Positions 49,720-60,130 are shown, numbered from the stretch's first letter. The stretch: DNA of 64,000 bases from a bacterium (GCA_963675755.2 CAXXMD010000003.1:3520001-3584000), one strand, 5' to 3'. The notes: generated from the sequence alone by a model not told the origin. Made by a program: numbers and translations.

Positions 49720-52014
49720 TTAAAAATGTACGTTCATGCCCAATGTTGGCAAAATAGGAAGCATATAAATTTCTTCAAAATCCGGTTTTCCATTGTCGTA
49801 ATCATAATTCACAAACCAGACATTACGACGGTTACCTACATTATACACTTGTAAAAAAGGCTCAAGCATCCAGGTGGTAAATTGTTTTTGCCAGGTCATG
49901 CTCAGGTCCAGTCGCGCGTAATAGGGCAAACGGACGTTATTGATCAATGTTGGTGCAAATTCTACATCCCTGCCTGGCGAATAGGGGGAGCGGGCTATGA
50001 CATATTGAGAACCCGGTTCTGTATATGGCTGCCCCGTAGAATAGACAAAATTTGAACCGAATATCATATTGCCGCCCCACATTCTGCGTGAATAATTGGC
50101 AACAATATTCAATGTAGAGCTGCGGTCATGTCTGGGAGCAAAGGGACGTCCCTTGTTGATATTGTCTACTGTATATTCTGTTTTGGCGTAAGAGTAACCA
50201 ATCCATCCGCTGATGCTGCCAAAATTCTTGCGCAGCAGCAATTCCACACCCCAGGAATTCCCGTCACCCCGATTAAAAACGCCGCGGGTAGATTCGTCAT
50301 AGACAGGATATCCGTTTTCATCATAATAAGCGGGTTCTACATAGGCACCCATGTTGTTATTGATGGAAAATAAATTGTTATATTCTTTGTAAAATGTTTC
50401 TATTTCAAGCTCTACATCCTGCATGATCTCGTGCTGATATCCCAAAATAAAGTGATTGGATTTGGATACATCGCGGTACTGGTTCGCAACCGTCCAGATA
50501 TCAGAAAATAAAAACCGCGGCATACGATGCAGATACTGGTAATACTTGCCGGTTGCGGCTTTGATCATTGCTTTTTCACTCAACCGGTATTTTAAAGAAA
50601 AACGAGGGGCGACATTATTGAAATTTTTATCGGATCTGAAATGATTGTATCTTAACCCGGTTTCAATGTTCCAAATGGGATTCGGAGTCCATATAACCTT
50701 TGCATAACCCACAGTATGGGTTGGCTCCATCAAAATCTTGATTGCACCCTGATTTTTTACATATTGATCATATTTATTCTGCAAAAATTTTTGTTCAAAT
50801 CCGAATTTGGTTGAAAAATGAGAAGAAAGATAATATTCAAGATTTCCCTTCATGGTTAAATCCTGTAACTCGTTTTTTTCACTGACATAAAACATGGGCA
50901 TTTCAAAATCTGAACTAAAGCGACTACCCGTAAGCCAGAAATTGGAAAACAATTTCGGCGAAAATATATGGGTCCAGCGGACGCTTGAAGTCTGGTTTCC
51001 CCAGTCATAATGAAATCCACTGGATTCTGTGGATTCGTTATTAAAGGTGAGGTCCAGCACATCATTGCCGCCATATGTACTGATGGTGAGGCGATTGCTG
51101 TCATCCAACTCGAAAAAGGCTTTAATATTTCCATCCCAGTAATAATATTCCGGAATATCATCCATCATTTTTCCTACGGTCTGGTCAAAATACGTCCTTC
51201 TGATTGATCCGGAAATTGAGCCGATTTTTCCTACCGGCATTTGAATGGTTGTTTTTGCTGACAACAAGCTGATAGATGTAGTATTTTCAAAACGTTCACG
51301 GTTTCCGTCCAGGTTGGTAATATCCAGTACGGAAGAAAGGCGTCCGCCATATTCCGCACCGTAACCGCCCTTGTGCACATCCACATGTTTGATGGCATCG
51401 GTGTTGAATGTTGAAAACAAACCGAATGCGTGTTCGGGATTATAAACATCCGTACCATCCAGCATGATCAGGTTCTGGTCCGGGGTCCCTCCGCGAATAT
51501 ACAATGCCGATGAATAGTCTGACAAGGGTAAAATACCCGGCAAGGTCACCAACGTACGCATCAAATCCGCTTCTGCGATTTGGGGCACGCGTTTGAGCTG
51601 CATGGGATTGATCTCTATTTTTGATATGGATTTACGATACATTTTTTCAACCGTAGGTACCGAATCTGCCGAAACAATTACCGTTTCGCCCAACAAGGCG
51701 CTTTCGCTCAAAACTGCATTGATTTGCAGATTTTCTCCGGTTTTAATATTTAACGTTTTGCTGAAAATATCATATCCCAGCATGGAAATAATCAGTTCAT
51801 ATCTCCCCGGTTGGATTTTTGGGATTACATAATATCCACTATTGTTTGTGCTGCAACCGATATAGGTATCTTTGAAAAATACATTGACCCCGATGAGCGC
51901 TTCACCGGTTGCTTCGTCGGTAACGAATCCCCGCAGGGTTGAAAAATCTCCCTCGGCGAAAACCGCGTTGATGCACAAAAAGATGATGAAAAGAATGTTG
52001 ATGATGCATTTCAT
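49720..52014 (-). CDS. TonB-dependent receptor
   Basis: CarboxypepD_reg-like N-terminus, LPGI..IRGGTPDQN, KGGYGAEYGGRLSSV, RLDLS, C-terminal Phe. Confidence 0.92.
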   Translation of the reverse strand: MKCIINILFIIFLCINAVFAEGDFSTLRGFVTDEATGEALIGVNVFFKDTYIGCSTNNSGYYVIPKIQPGRYELIISMLGYDIFSKTLNIKTGENLQINAVLSESALLGETVIVSADSVPTVEKMYRKSISKIEINPMQLKRVPQIAEADLMRTLVTLPGILPLSDYSSALYIRGGTPDQNLIMLDGTDVYNPEHAFGLFSTFNTDAIKHVDVHKGGYGAEYGGRLSSVLDITNLDGNRERFENTTSISLLSAKTTIQMPVGKIGSISGSIRRTYFDQTVGKMMDDIPEYYYWDGNIKAFFELDDSNRLTISTYGGNDVLDLTFNNESTESSGFHYDWGNQTSSVRWTHIFSPKLFSNFWLTGSRFSSDFEMPMFYVSEKNELQDLTMKGNLEYYLSSHFSTKFGFEQKFLQNKYDQYVKNQGAIKILMEPTHTVGYAKVIWTPNPIWNIETGLRYNHFRSDKNFNNVAPRFSLKYRLSEKAMIKAATGKYYQYLHRMPRFLFSDIWTVANQYRDVSKSNHFILGYQHEIMQDVELEIETFYKEYNNLFSINNNMGAYVEPAYYDENGYPVYDESTRGVFNRGDGNSWGVELLLRKNFGSISGWIGYSYAKTEYTVDNINKGRPFAPRHDRSSTLNIVANYSRRMWGGNMIFGSNFVYSTGQPYTEPGSQYVIARSPYSPGRDVEFAPTLINNVRLPYYARLDLSMTWQKQFTTWMLEPFLQVYNVGNRRNVWFVNYDYDNGKPDFEEIYMLPILPTLGMNVHF

Positions 52015-52083
52015 GAATGTTCTCCGTTTATTTGTTCATGTATAGACGTACGTATCCTGTGGCAGATAATGAGAGAGCTTTTA

Positions 52084-52869
52084 TCATCTGCCAATCAGAC
52101 TAATATTGCCATTTTTACTGTTTAGTGTGATTGTGCTTTTACCGTCTCCGAGCTGTTCCTGCAATGCCCGTGTTGGTAGTTTATTTGGGTCTATTGTCAG
52201 GCCACTGGCTTGAATCATTCCATTGTTAACGGATGCATAGAGCCAGGCAGATGTGCTCTGTGGAATGCTAAGTGAAATAGATCCGTTTTCAGTTTTGAAA
52301 TTTTGTTTGCAATAATCCGGAACATTTACGTTTGCATTGATGCTGCCATTGGTTACTGTGGCAGTCAGGCTGCCATAAATGTCATCGAGATAAATATCTC
52401 CGTTTACAATTCTGACCTGGGTTTGTGCATTCAAGGCATTTGCGTGAACGGTCCCGTTGACCAGTACAAGCGTTGTTGACCAGTTTTTCGGAATTTGGAT
52501 CTGGTAACTTGAAAAATAACTGCGGCCCTGAGAGTCATCCGGTTGGCGTGTTTGTACATAGAGAGATTGATCTTCTTCCGAGATATCGATATACATATCG
52601 TCAAGATAATGCAAGGCGTCTGCTTTACTCTCTGACTCGACACGTTTTGTTCCGGATATTCGGACAGAATCTGTTTCATTTGTACCGGTAACTACTACCG
52701 GTCCGTTGACTGCATACAGAACCAGTCTGTTATTCCCCATTGAGGATAAGGTATATGTAAAATCTGACTCGGCTGATGCCTGAATATGATCGACATTATA
52801 TATATTGTCTGATATATTGCAGCTAAATGTCAGAAATGCTGCCAATAAAATTATGATCAGTTGTTTCAT
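52084..52869 (-). CDS. DUF4097-like beta-strand repeat lipoprotein
   Basis: Lipobox TFSC; repeated xxNGxI motifs; AAGGAG RBS. Confidence 0.75.
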   Translation of the reverse strand: MKQLIIILLAAFLTFSCNISDNIYNVDHIQASAESDFTYTLSSMGNNRLVLYAVNGPVVVTGTNETDSVRISGTKRVESESKADALHYLDDMYIDISEEDQSLYVQTRQPDDSQGRSYFSSYQIQIPKNWSTTLVLVNGTVHANALNAQTQVRIVNGDIYLDDIYGSLTATVTNGSINANVNVPDYCKQNFKTENGSISLSIPQSTSAWLYASVNNGMIQASGLTIDPNKLPTRALQEQLGDGKSTITLNSKNGNISLIGR

Positions 52870-52957
52870 TGTTTCTCCTTTAATCTTATCCATATTTTGA
52901 TGATAATTTTAAAAGAGAACCCGGGTTCGTGATATCCCGTCGGATATCACTATAGCG

Positions 52958-53656
52958 CTATATCTTTAAACGTTTCAAAGCTGATTCAATCTGGTTCAAA
53001 AGTTGTGTATCAGTATTTTCGCAAGCCTGGCATTGTTCAAGAGCAGCCTGATAGGCATCAATAGCCTGACCAGGTTCATTCAATTCTTCAAATGTCAAAG
53101 CCAGATAGTAATCTATCTTTCCACAATCAATAGTGGTCTGGGATTTACCTTGTATTTTTTTCAATTTGACGACTGTATTGGTATAAAATTGTTGATTATA
53201 CAAGGCCAAAGCACCATTGAATTCCTGATTTAAGGATTGAGTATTTTCCTGTAAATCTGTATTGTTTGTTGTTGATTTCATTTCACCATGAACTACACTG
53301 ACGTTGCCCACCCGTAATTTTGCTTTATCTTCTCTGGGTGCAATTTTGTCGACTTTGGATGACATGAGATAGAGAAACATCTCCCGTTTGGTAATACGCC
53401 TCAAGTCACCAATGTCAAGTATGGAATTACTTCCCAGGTGAAAGATGGTACCATCGTTCATTTCAAGGTCTGCATTACCCTCAAGCGTGAGGATCGTATC
53501 GATAACTTTTAATGTCATACCATTGGCAGCTTTTGTCCAGTTTTCATCAAGCCCACGTCGGACCCTGACATCTCCATCAACTTTGCTGATGATAACATCT
53601 GCAAGCGTAAATTGGGTTAATAATAAAATCAACAATATGCCGAATGTTTTTTTCAT
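52958..53656 (-). CDS. Secreted FecR-like domain + TPR protein
   Basis: ISKVDGDVRVRRG..W..GMTL..DTILT..ADL..DGT..LGSNS; C-terminal YYLA..AIDAYQAAL. Confidence 0.7.
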   Translation of the reverse strand: MKKTFGILLILLLTQFTLADVIISKVDGDVRVRRGLDENWTKAANGMTLKVIDTILTLEGNADLEMNDGTIFHLGSNSILDIGDLRRITKREMFLYLMSSKVDKIAPREDKAKLRVGNVSVVHGEMKSTTNNTDLQENTQSLNQEFNGALALYNQQFYTNTVVKLKKIQGKSQTTIDCGKIDYYLALTFEELNEPGQAIDAYQAALEQCQACENTDTQLLNQIESALKRLKI

Positions 53657-53670
53657 AATGTGCCTCAATA

Positions 53671-55326
53671 TTAATATTGGTCAATAATCTTGACCCATTG
53701 TTCCGCTATTCCGTTTCTCAATATACCTTCTTCCAGGTATATTGAGGCGCCGGTTTTCCAGGCTTCTTCAAAGCCTTTTGAAATCAGGGTGGTTTCTACC
53801 GGGACCCACACCTGTTGTATTCCGGACGGGTCCTCGCGGACAATATAACGTTTTTCATTTGTACTGATCAGCTGGCTCTGAGACGCATCGAGTCCGCTGT
53901 TGAAAAGCAGATAAAGATGCGCAATGTTTTTTTCGGGATCACGGACTTCAACAAACGCGGTTTTGATTCCCACACTTTCCAGCAATGAACTATACAGTAC
54001 TACCAGATCGTCGCAATCACCATGACCCAATTCCAGGGTTTCCTGAGCAAACTGAACCCGGTCATCCTGATAAAATACAATGTTGGGATCAGAAAGATAG
54101 CGGATATTTCTGGAATTCAACTCTTGAAATATAGCACGAGCAATTTCAAAATTACGGTTTGTTGTGTTTTCATCTGCCTGAACAGATGCGGCTATGGATC
54201 TGGCCAATTCAAGTATTTGCGGGTCTTCGGGACTCAGGTAATAACCCAACTTTTCCATGTCTCCGCTCCAGGCATTGCGGGTGTGAATAACAATTTCCTG
54301 ACTCAGATTTTGTTTGTATGTAACTGCTGCACGCGCTTCAATGTCCAGATCAATGATTGCCGTTTTGCTCTGGGATATATCCAGATACCGTGGACCGAAA
54401 AAGGCGGTCACGGGTATGTTGCGGGTTTCACCGCCCTCTAATTTTACAAATCCGCTGTCTTTGGGGCGTTCGGAATATCCTTGAACGGTACAGCGTACAT
54501 TGACTTCTACTTCCTGTCCCAACATGTTTTTAACTGTGACCATAGCAATGGGATATGTAGAATAAAACTGATAATATGCCGGATAAATGTCAGAAACTAG
54601 TAATTGTGTTCCCAGTACTTTGATCGCTTCGCGTTTTTGTCCCCACATGAATGAGAAACCCATTGTAAACTGCATGCCGTTATAGTCGTATTCTGATTCC
54701 ATATCTACAAAATGGTAACGGGTATCAAAATTGAGCGCAAACCAGCTTGCCAGTACAATATTGGTGCCCACACCTAAATACGCTCCAAAATCCTGCTTGT
54801 TGGTTACAGTAGTTTCTGAATTGTCAAAACTATTTACATCCAGATCAAGATTTGTTCCATCAACAGAAGTATCAATAATAGAATTGTCTGCTGATTTTGT
54901 GTCTACATTGGTCAACCAATAGGGTCCTACACCGGCAGTTACATAGGGATGAAAAGCACCGGAAACCCGATTCGATAAAAAGTCGTAACGTAAGCCAATG
55001 AGAAAGGGGATGATTGTTTCTACTTTAACATCATCCTGAACACCTCTGTCCTTGATGTCAACATTTGAAGTACCACCAATGCTCATTTCAAAGAACACAT
55101 TGTCATATGCGCGTGAAAAAAAGTACATGTTGCCACCGGCTCCAATCACCTTGACATCTGCATTTGTACCTGAAGAAGATACCTGAAGGTTACCGGTTTT
55201 GCTGTCTACATCCCAGAATCCGCCTCTAAAGCCAATCCCGGATGATCTGACCATTCCCTGCGCAAACATGTGTGTTGCTCCAATTAACATGATTATCAAG
55301 ATACGTTGTGTTATTTTCTTCCTCAT
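53671..55326 (-). CDS. Outer-membrane beta-barrel fused to a transglutaminase-like domain
   Basis: N-terminal OmpW/OmpA-like strands (HPYVTAGVG, NFDTRYHF); C-terminal GDCDD, AHLYL, VPVETT. Confidence 0.75.
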   Translation of the reverse strand: MRKKITQRILIIMLIGATHMFAQGMVRSSGIGFRGGFWDVDSKTGNLQVSSSGTNADVKVIGAGGNMYFFSRAYDNVFFEMSIGGTSNVDIKDRGVQDDVKVETIIPFLIGLRYDFLSNRVSGAFHPYVTAGVGPYWLTNVDTKSADNSIIDTSVDGTNLDLDVNSFDNSETTVTNKQDFGAYLGVGTNIVLASWFALNFDTRYHFVDMESEYDYNGMQFTMGFSFMWGQKREAIKVLGTQLLVSDIYPAYYQFYSTYPIAMVTVKNMLGQEVEVNVRCTVQGYSERPKDSGFVKLEGGETRNIPVTAFFGPRYLDISQSKTAIIDLDIEARAAVTYKQNLSQEIVIHTRNAWSGDMEKLGYYLSPEDPQILELARSIAASVQADENTTNRNFEIARAIFQELNSRNIRYLSDPNIVFYQDDRVQFAQETLELGHGDCDDLVVLYSSLLESVGIKTAFVEVRDPEKNIAHLYLLFNSGLDASQSQLISTNEKRYIVREDPSGIQQVWVPVETTLISKGFEEAWKTGASIYLEEGILRNGIAEQWVKIIDQY

Positions 55327-55339
55327 TCCCGTTCCTGTA

Positions 55340-56005
55340 TTATTTGATTATGGGTGTGAATTCTCCCCAATAAAAATTGATACCCAAACCGTAATCCCAA
55401 CCGCTATATTTGTGCATAGGATTAAAGTTGATAAAGTGATAACGAATGTCAAAGTTGAGACCAAACCAGTTTGAGAACATGAAATTCATACCTGCACCCG
55501 TATAACCGCCACCGCGTAACCTTGTTTTGATATTTACTTTTTCATCGTCTGTAAAATCGCGGTTTTGAACATTAATGTCACTGAGCCAATATGGGCCCAT
55601 ACCCACAGACAGATACGGTTTAATTGCGGTTATGTTTCTAAATGGGAACAACTCGTAATGTAATCCCAATAACGCACCGGATACGGCTTCTGCTTTAACA
55701 TCTTCACCAAAAAAATCAATGGACTGTGTTTCCGCTTTACCCATACTGCCCAGGCTGAATTCAAGCATCATATTGGGAGCCACGCGTGTATAAAAAGACA
55801 TCCATCCGCCTGCACCTTCAATATCAACATAGGTTTGATGATAATAATCTTCAACAATGATCTGTGATTCAGTATCATTACCCGTCCAATATGAACCGCG
55901 AAAACCAATGCCGGTTGATCGTTGATATGTTTCTGAATAAGCCATGGATACAATTCCCAATACCGCGATTGAAATTAAAGTGATAATTGAAATGATACGT
56001 AACAT
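55340..56005 (-). CDS. Outer-membrane beta-barrel protein (paralogue of the next gene's N-terminus)
   Basis: AAGGAG RBS before ATG 56005; GIGFRG, KPYLSVGMGPYW, NFDIRYHF. Confidence 0.8.
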   Translation of the reverse strand: MLRIISIITLISIAVLGIVSMAYSETYQRSTGIGFRGSYWTGNDTESQIIVEDYYHQTYVDIEGAGGWMSFYTRVAPNMMLEFSLGSMGKAETQSIDFFGEDVKAEAVSGALLGLHYELFPFRNITAIKPYLSVGMGPYWLSDINVQNRDFTDDEKVNIKTRLRGGGYTGAGMNFMFSNWFGLNFDIRYHFINFNPMHKYSGWDYGLGINFYWGEFTPIIK

Positions 56006-56050
56006 GATGATCTCCTTGTTGTTACAGGTTTTGTTTTTCACATCATGTCA

Positions 56051-56067
56051 GGCAACATCGGTGCCAA
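56051..56067 (-). promoter_or_regulatory. Sigma-54 (-24/-12) promoter
   Basis: Minus strand TTGGCACCGATGTTGCC matches TGGCAC-N5-TTGC, about 45 bp upstream of ATG 56005. Confidence 0.85.
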
Positions 56068-56127
56068 ATATTTTATCGCTCTTAACTGCTGTTATATTAT
56101 GGGTTTACGTTTTATGTGTCAAGTTGC

Positions 56128-56174
56128 GTCAAATGCGGGAATATTGATAAATGCGGGATTTTCCAGCATTTGAC
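56128..56174. promoter_or_regulatory. Candidate upstream activator sequence for the adjacent enhancer-binding protein
   Basis: GTCAAATGC..GCATTTGAC inverted repeat and two direct AAATGCGGGA copies, 60-110 bp upstream of the -24 box. Confidence 0.6.
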
Positions 56175-58730
56175 TCAATAATTATCCTTGTTTTGAAAAT
56201 ATGTTAATATTTTTTCAGCATAATGATGATATTTTTGTGGTAATCCCTTGAATTGCGGCATCTTTTTTATATCGTCAGGAGTATTTTCGGCAGGGATATC
56301 CAGACTGTTTATATAATCGGATAATTTGGATCTAACTTTGGACACTGCATCTTCCGGTAATGCATAGGCGATTGTGTATGCGGCTTTGTTTATGTCAAAA
56401 TCAGCATTTACAAAATGTTCAAAACAGATACCGCGATAATAATCGGTAATGGTACCCCGATCTTTGTTCATCAGGTTGGCGGTTTTACTGATTACTGAAT
56501 GAGAAAACTGCAATGCACGCAGAGATTCAAGCACCTGGTCTTCAAAGGTAACAAATGTACCGGCAGGATCATTTTGAACAGATTGCTGAACTTCCTGGGG
56601 CAGATCATTACTTTGTATGATTTGCCGATTGTCACTTTGGGCCATAATGGCTGCACGGCGAACCAGATTTTCCAACTCGCGTACATTTCCGGGAAATATA
56701 TAGTTTTGCAGTTGATTCATGGCTTGCTCTGAAAATCCGGTTATGGATTGATAGCCATGTTTATCTATAAAATGCTGAACCAATAGGGGGATATCCTGTC
56801 GACGTTCCCGCAAGGGGGGAAGCTGAACGGGAAATCCATTGAGCCGATAGTACAGATCCATACGAAATCGGTCCTGTTCTATCTCTTTTTCAATATCTTT
56901 ACTGGATGCGGCTATGACCCGAACATCTGTTTTGAGGGTCTTTTCACTACCCAAACGTTCAAATGTACCTTCCTGCAATACCCGCAACAGCTTGGCCTGA
57001 AACGCCGGAGACGTTTCAGTGATCTCGTCCAGAAAAAGCGTACCCTTGTCCGCCAGTTCAAACCGGCCTTTGCGTTGTGATTGGGCCCCGGTAAAGCTGC
57101 CTTTTTCATGCCCAAACAATTCGCTCTCTAACAACGTATCCGGCAGGGCGCTGCAGTTAACCGCTACAAAAGACATGGATTTACGTGGACCGCTGTTATG
57201 GATGGCCTTTGCAACGAGCTCTTTACCGCTACCGGTCTCGCCCTTGATAAAAACGGGGATATCATCGGAACCAACCTTTTGCACCAGCTCGAGCACTTTT
57301 TGCATGGGACTGCCATTGGCATGGATGATATTTGCAAATCCGGTTGTGGCGGGTGCGGATTGTGGGCTATCGTATGTTTGCAGGTCACGAATTTGAGATT
57401 CCAGTTTTTGGATCTCCTGCTGCATAGAGGTGGTTATATTATCACTCTTGTTTTGTTCTTTTTCAAACTGTGCCTTTGCATCCTGCAATGCTTGTTCTTT
57501 GTTCAAGATTTGCTGCTGTAACAGATCGTGATGGGAGGTAAGGTGTTGTTCTTTACGGATTATTTTGAGCGATACTATGAATATGGCAGAAACTGTCCAG
57601 AGTGCCAGTGGTACCATCCAGGGGAATACGATTTGTAATGCTGAAAAAAGAATAAAGGATATGGATACTATTACAATTATACCGGCAATGATGATATAGA
57701 TAAACGATTTAATTGGTTTGTGATATAATATCATTAACAGTGCGGCTATCATAAAAATGATTAATGCCTGTGCCCACAAGGGTGCAATGCGAATAAACCG
57801 TTTTGATATGATGTTTTCTGCAACGGTCAGATGTACCAGTGAAGCCGGCAGAGCATTCGACAGGGGAGTAACTTTTAGCGGTGCATGACCGGGTGACGTA
57901 ACCGTGATCAGCACCAGCTTGTCCTTAACATCCAGCGAGTCAGGATTTTCCTGATACTGCTGCAATAGATCCACAAAGCTGATGGCGTTAAGGTTTTCAA
58001 TACTGCCAAAATGATCGGGACGAAATTCTCCCGATGGCCCGATTGGAATGCGGATTACTTTTCCCGAATCCGATTTGAATTCAATGTATTTCTGTTTCAG
58101 TAAAAAGTTGTTTGTGGAAACATTCAAATACAAACGCGCCATTTCGAGTCCAAAGGAATAAACCGGTTTTTTGTTCTGGTATGCAACTAATGGCACTTGA
58201 CGTGTTTCTGCATCACTGCCCATGTTACTGAATCCTGTGGCCTTGCAATTCTCTTTAAAAATATCAATGGGATAGCGTGGTTCCTGACCTGTATATGGAT
58301 GTGAAAAGGGTGCGTTTACAAAGGTGTTTTGTTCAAGATCAGTAAACGCCATGGGCAGGCAAACCCGGTCGGCGGACTGGATAAAATCCGCAAAGGCCTC
58401 GTCAAATTCGGGATAGCGGGTATCATGAGTATCAAAAAGCAGATCAAAGGCAATGACTTTAGCGCCGGCATTCTGCAGGATATGTGTCAGGTAACCGTAA
58501 TAGTCACGGGTAATGGGCCAACCGTGCAGGGATTCGATATCATTCTGATCTATAAAAACCACCAGCAGATCTTCACTGACCTGGCGATCTCCCCGCAGTT
58601 TCATCCATTGAGTAATAGCGGTATCCGTTGAATATTCAGCAAGAGGAGTAAATAACAGAACCAATCCCATAATAGAAATAGCAATGATAGCTGTTTGAAT
58701 AAAGTTGTTATTAAGCGATATGATTTTCAT
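56175..58730 (-). CDS. Membrane-bound CHASE2-domain sigma-54 enhancer-binding protein
   Basis: VFID..GWP..R..GAKVIAFDLLF (CHASE2), three TM helices, coiled coil, GETGSGKE, ESELFGHEKGSFTGA, FLDEI, FRMDLYYRL, PGNVREL. Confidence 0.9.
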   Translation of the reverse strand: MKIISLNNNFIQTAIIAISIMGLVLLFTPLAEYSTDTAITQWMKLRGDRQVSEDLLVVFIDQNDIESLHGWPITRDYYGYLTHILQNAGAKVIAFDLLFDTHDTRYPEFDEAFADFIQSADRVCLPMAFTDLEQNTFVNAPFSHPYTGQEPRYPIDIFKENCKATGFSNMGSDAETRQVPLVAYQNKKPVYSFGLEMARLYLNVSTNNFLLKQKYIEFKSDSGKVIRIPIGPSGEFRPDHFGSIENLNAISFVDLLQQYQENPDSLDVKDKLVLITVTSPGHAPLKVTPLSNALPASLVHLTVAENIISKRFIRIAPLWAQALIIFMIAALLMILYHKPIKSFIYIIIAGIIVIVSISFILFSALQIVFPWMVPLALWTVSAIFIVSLKIIRKEQHLTSHHDLLQQQILNKEQALQDAKAQFEKEQNKSDNITTSMQQEIQKLESQIRDLQTYDSPQSAPATTGFANIIHANGSPMQKVLELVQKVGSDDIPVFIKGETGSGKELVAKAIHNSGPRKSMSFVAVNCSALPDTLLESELFGHEKGSFTGAQSQRKGRFELADKGTLFLDEITETSPAFQAKLLRVLQEGTFERLGSEKTLKTDVRVIAASSKDIEKEIEQDRFRMDLYYRLNGFPVQLPPLRERRQDIPLLVQHFIDKHGYQSITGFSEQAMNQLQNYIFPGNVRELENLVRRAAIMAQSDNRQIIQSNDLPQEVQQSVQNDPAGTFVTFEDQVLESLRALQFSHSVISKTANLMNKDRGTITDYYRGICFEHFVNADFDINKAAYTIAYALPEDAVSKVRSKLSDYINSLDIPAENTPDDIKKMPQFKGLPQKYHHYAEKILTYFQNKDNY

Positions 58731-58945
58731 GAATTGGCCCTGTTTATATATTGAAAAGGGTATACGTTACCAATAAATAAACGTTTCAACTAAAAAAGTA
58801 CGTATAATTGATGATGAAATCAAATATTTTTGATGTTCGCTTTTGCTACGTTATTAATAGTACGGCAAGAGACTTTTATTGCATCTGGCGTCAGGATTTT
58901 CTACATTTGTTAAATCATTTTAATCATTACGAGTTTTATAAAAAT

Positions 58946-60004
58946 ATGGAAAAACGGATGCAGTCCTTTTGGGACAAACTGGATGTGGGTATTGGAAAAG
59001 AAGTAGCAATAAGCAGAGTTTTACGGACATTAACCTGGAAGCGGTTGTGGAACGCACTCAAGATAGTAACCTCGTTTTTGCTCTCTGCTATACTGAAAAA
59101 GAACATTGTTTGGGGTGTACCGCCAATTGTCAATATTGAACCGACCAATATATGTAATTTAAAGTGCCCCTTGTGCGTTACCGGATGTGGAGACATGGAG
59201 CGTCCCCGCGGTATGATGGATTTTGAAACGTTTCGCAAGGTTGTGGATGAGGTGGCGGACAAGATCATGTATATAACCCTCTATTCACAGGGTGAACCGT
59301 ATTTGAACAAAGAGTTTAACCGGTTTGTGCGATATGCAAAAGACCGGGGGGTATATGTCAATACCAGTACCAACGCACATTATTTTGATAAACAAATGGC
59401 TGTTTCGACTGTGATGAGCGGACTGGACAGTATGATTATCTCGCTTGACGGTGCAACACAAGAGAGTTACGCGCATTACCGTCGTAATGGAGACCTGGAG
59501 ACAGTCAAACAGGGAATCCGCAATTTGGTTGATGCAAAAAAGCGGTTAAAGAGCAAAACGCCGTACCTGTTTGCACAGTTTTTGGTGATGAAACATAACG
59601 AACATGAAATTGACGAGATGAAAAAACTGGCAAAAGAGTTGGAGGTGGACCGGCTCCTCATTAAAACCACGCAGGTGATGACACTGGAAGAAGCGCGTGA
59701 ATGGTTGCCGGAAAATGATAAATATCGTCGTTACGATGTTACCGAAGAGGGATTCAGCGTCAAGAAGGGCAAAGGCGCTTGTCCCAGACCGTGGCTGACC
59801 ACGCTGGTGGACTGGGATGGCCTGGTGGTGCCGTGCTGTTTTGACAAGAACGGTGACCACGCTACCGGTATGATTGGGGAACAGGGGATAGTAGAGATCT
59901 GGGGTAATGGCAAGTACCGGGGATTCCGCACACGGCTGCTGCGCAATCGTGACTCGATCGAGATGTGCCGCAACTGTAATTTTGGTATCGGGATTTTTAA
60001 ATAA
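58946..60004 (+). CDS. Radical SAM / SPASM domain protein (start uncertain)
   Basis: CNLKCPLC, GEP, STN, SLDG; CPRPW..VVPCC..CRNC. Confidence 0.9.
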   Translation: MEKRMQSFWDKLDVGIGKEVAISRVLRTLTWKRLWNALKIVTSFLLSAILKKNIVWGVPPIVNIEPTNICNLKCPLCVTGCGDMERPRGMMDFETFRKVVDEVADKIMYITLYSQGEPYLNKEFNRFVRYAKDRGVYVNTSTNAHYFDKQMAVSTVMSGLDSMIISLDGATQESYAHYRRNGDLETVKQGIRNLVDAKKRLKSKTPYLFAQFLVMKHNEHEIDEMKKLAKELEVDRLLIKTTQVMTLEEAREWLPENDKYRRYDVTEEGFSVKKGKGACPRPWLTTLVDWDGLVVPCCFDKNGDHATGMIGEQGIVEIWGNGKYRGFRTRLLRNRDSIEMCRNCNFGIGIFK

Positions 60005-60011
60005 TATAATA

Positions 60012-60130
60012 GAACACGGATAACACGGATTTACACTTTTAGATATTGTTAATTATTGTAGGGAACGGTCTCTGACCGTTCCCTACATATTTAATTAACC
60101 ACAGATTCACACGGATAAACACAGATAAAA
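60012..60130. repeat. GTAG-type REP-like palindrome flanked by ACAC(G/A)GAT short repeats
   Basis: TGTAGGGAACGGTC-TCT-GACCGTTCCCTACA (60057-60087); ACACGGAT twice on the left; CACAGAT, ACACGGAT and ACACAGAT on the right. Confidence 0.7.

Noticed and set aside
52917-52950. Two short palindromes between the FecR-TPR and DUF4097 genes
   Set aside because: No U tract and no other copies noticed; probably an ordinary mRNA-stabilising hairpin.
56006-56041. Longer start (56041) for the beta-barrel gene
   Set aside because: It would begin at the predicted sigma-54 transcription start; ATG 56005 has a good AAGGAG RBS.
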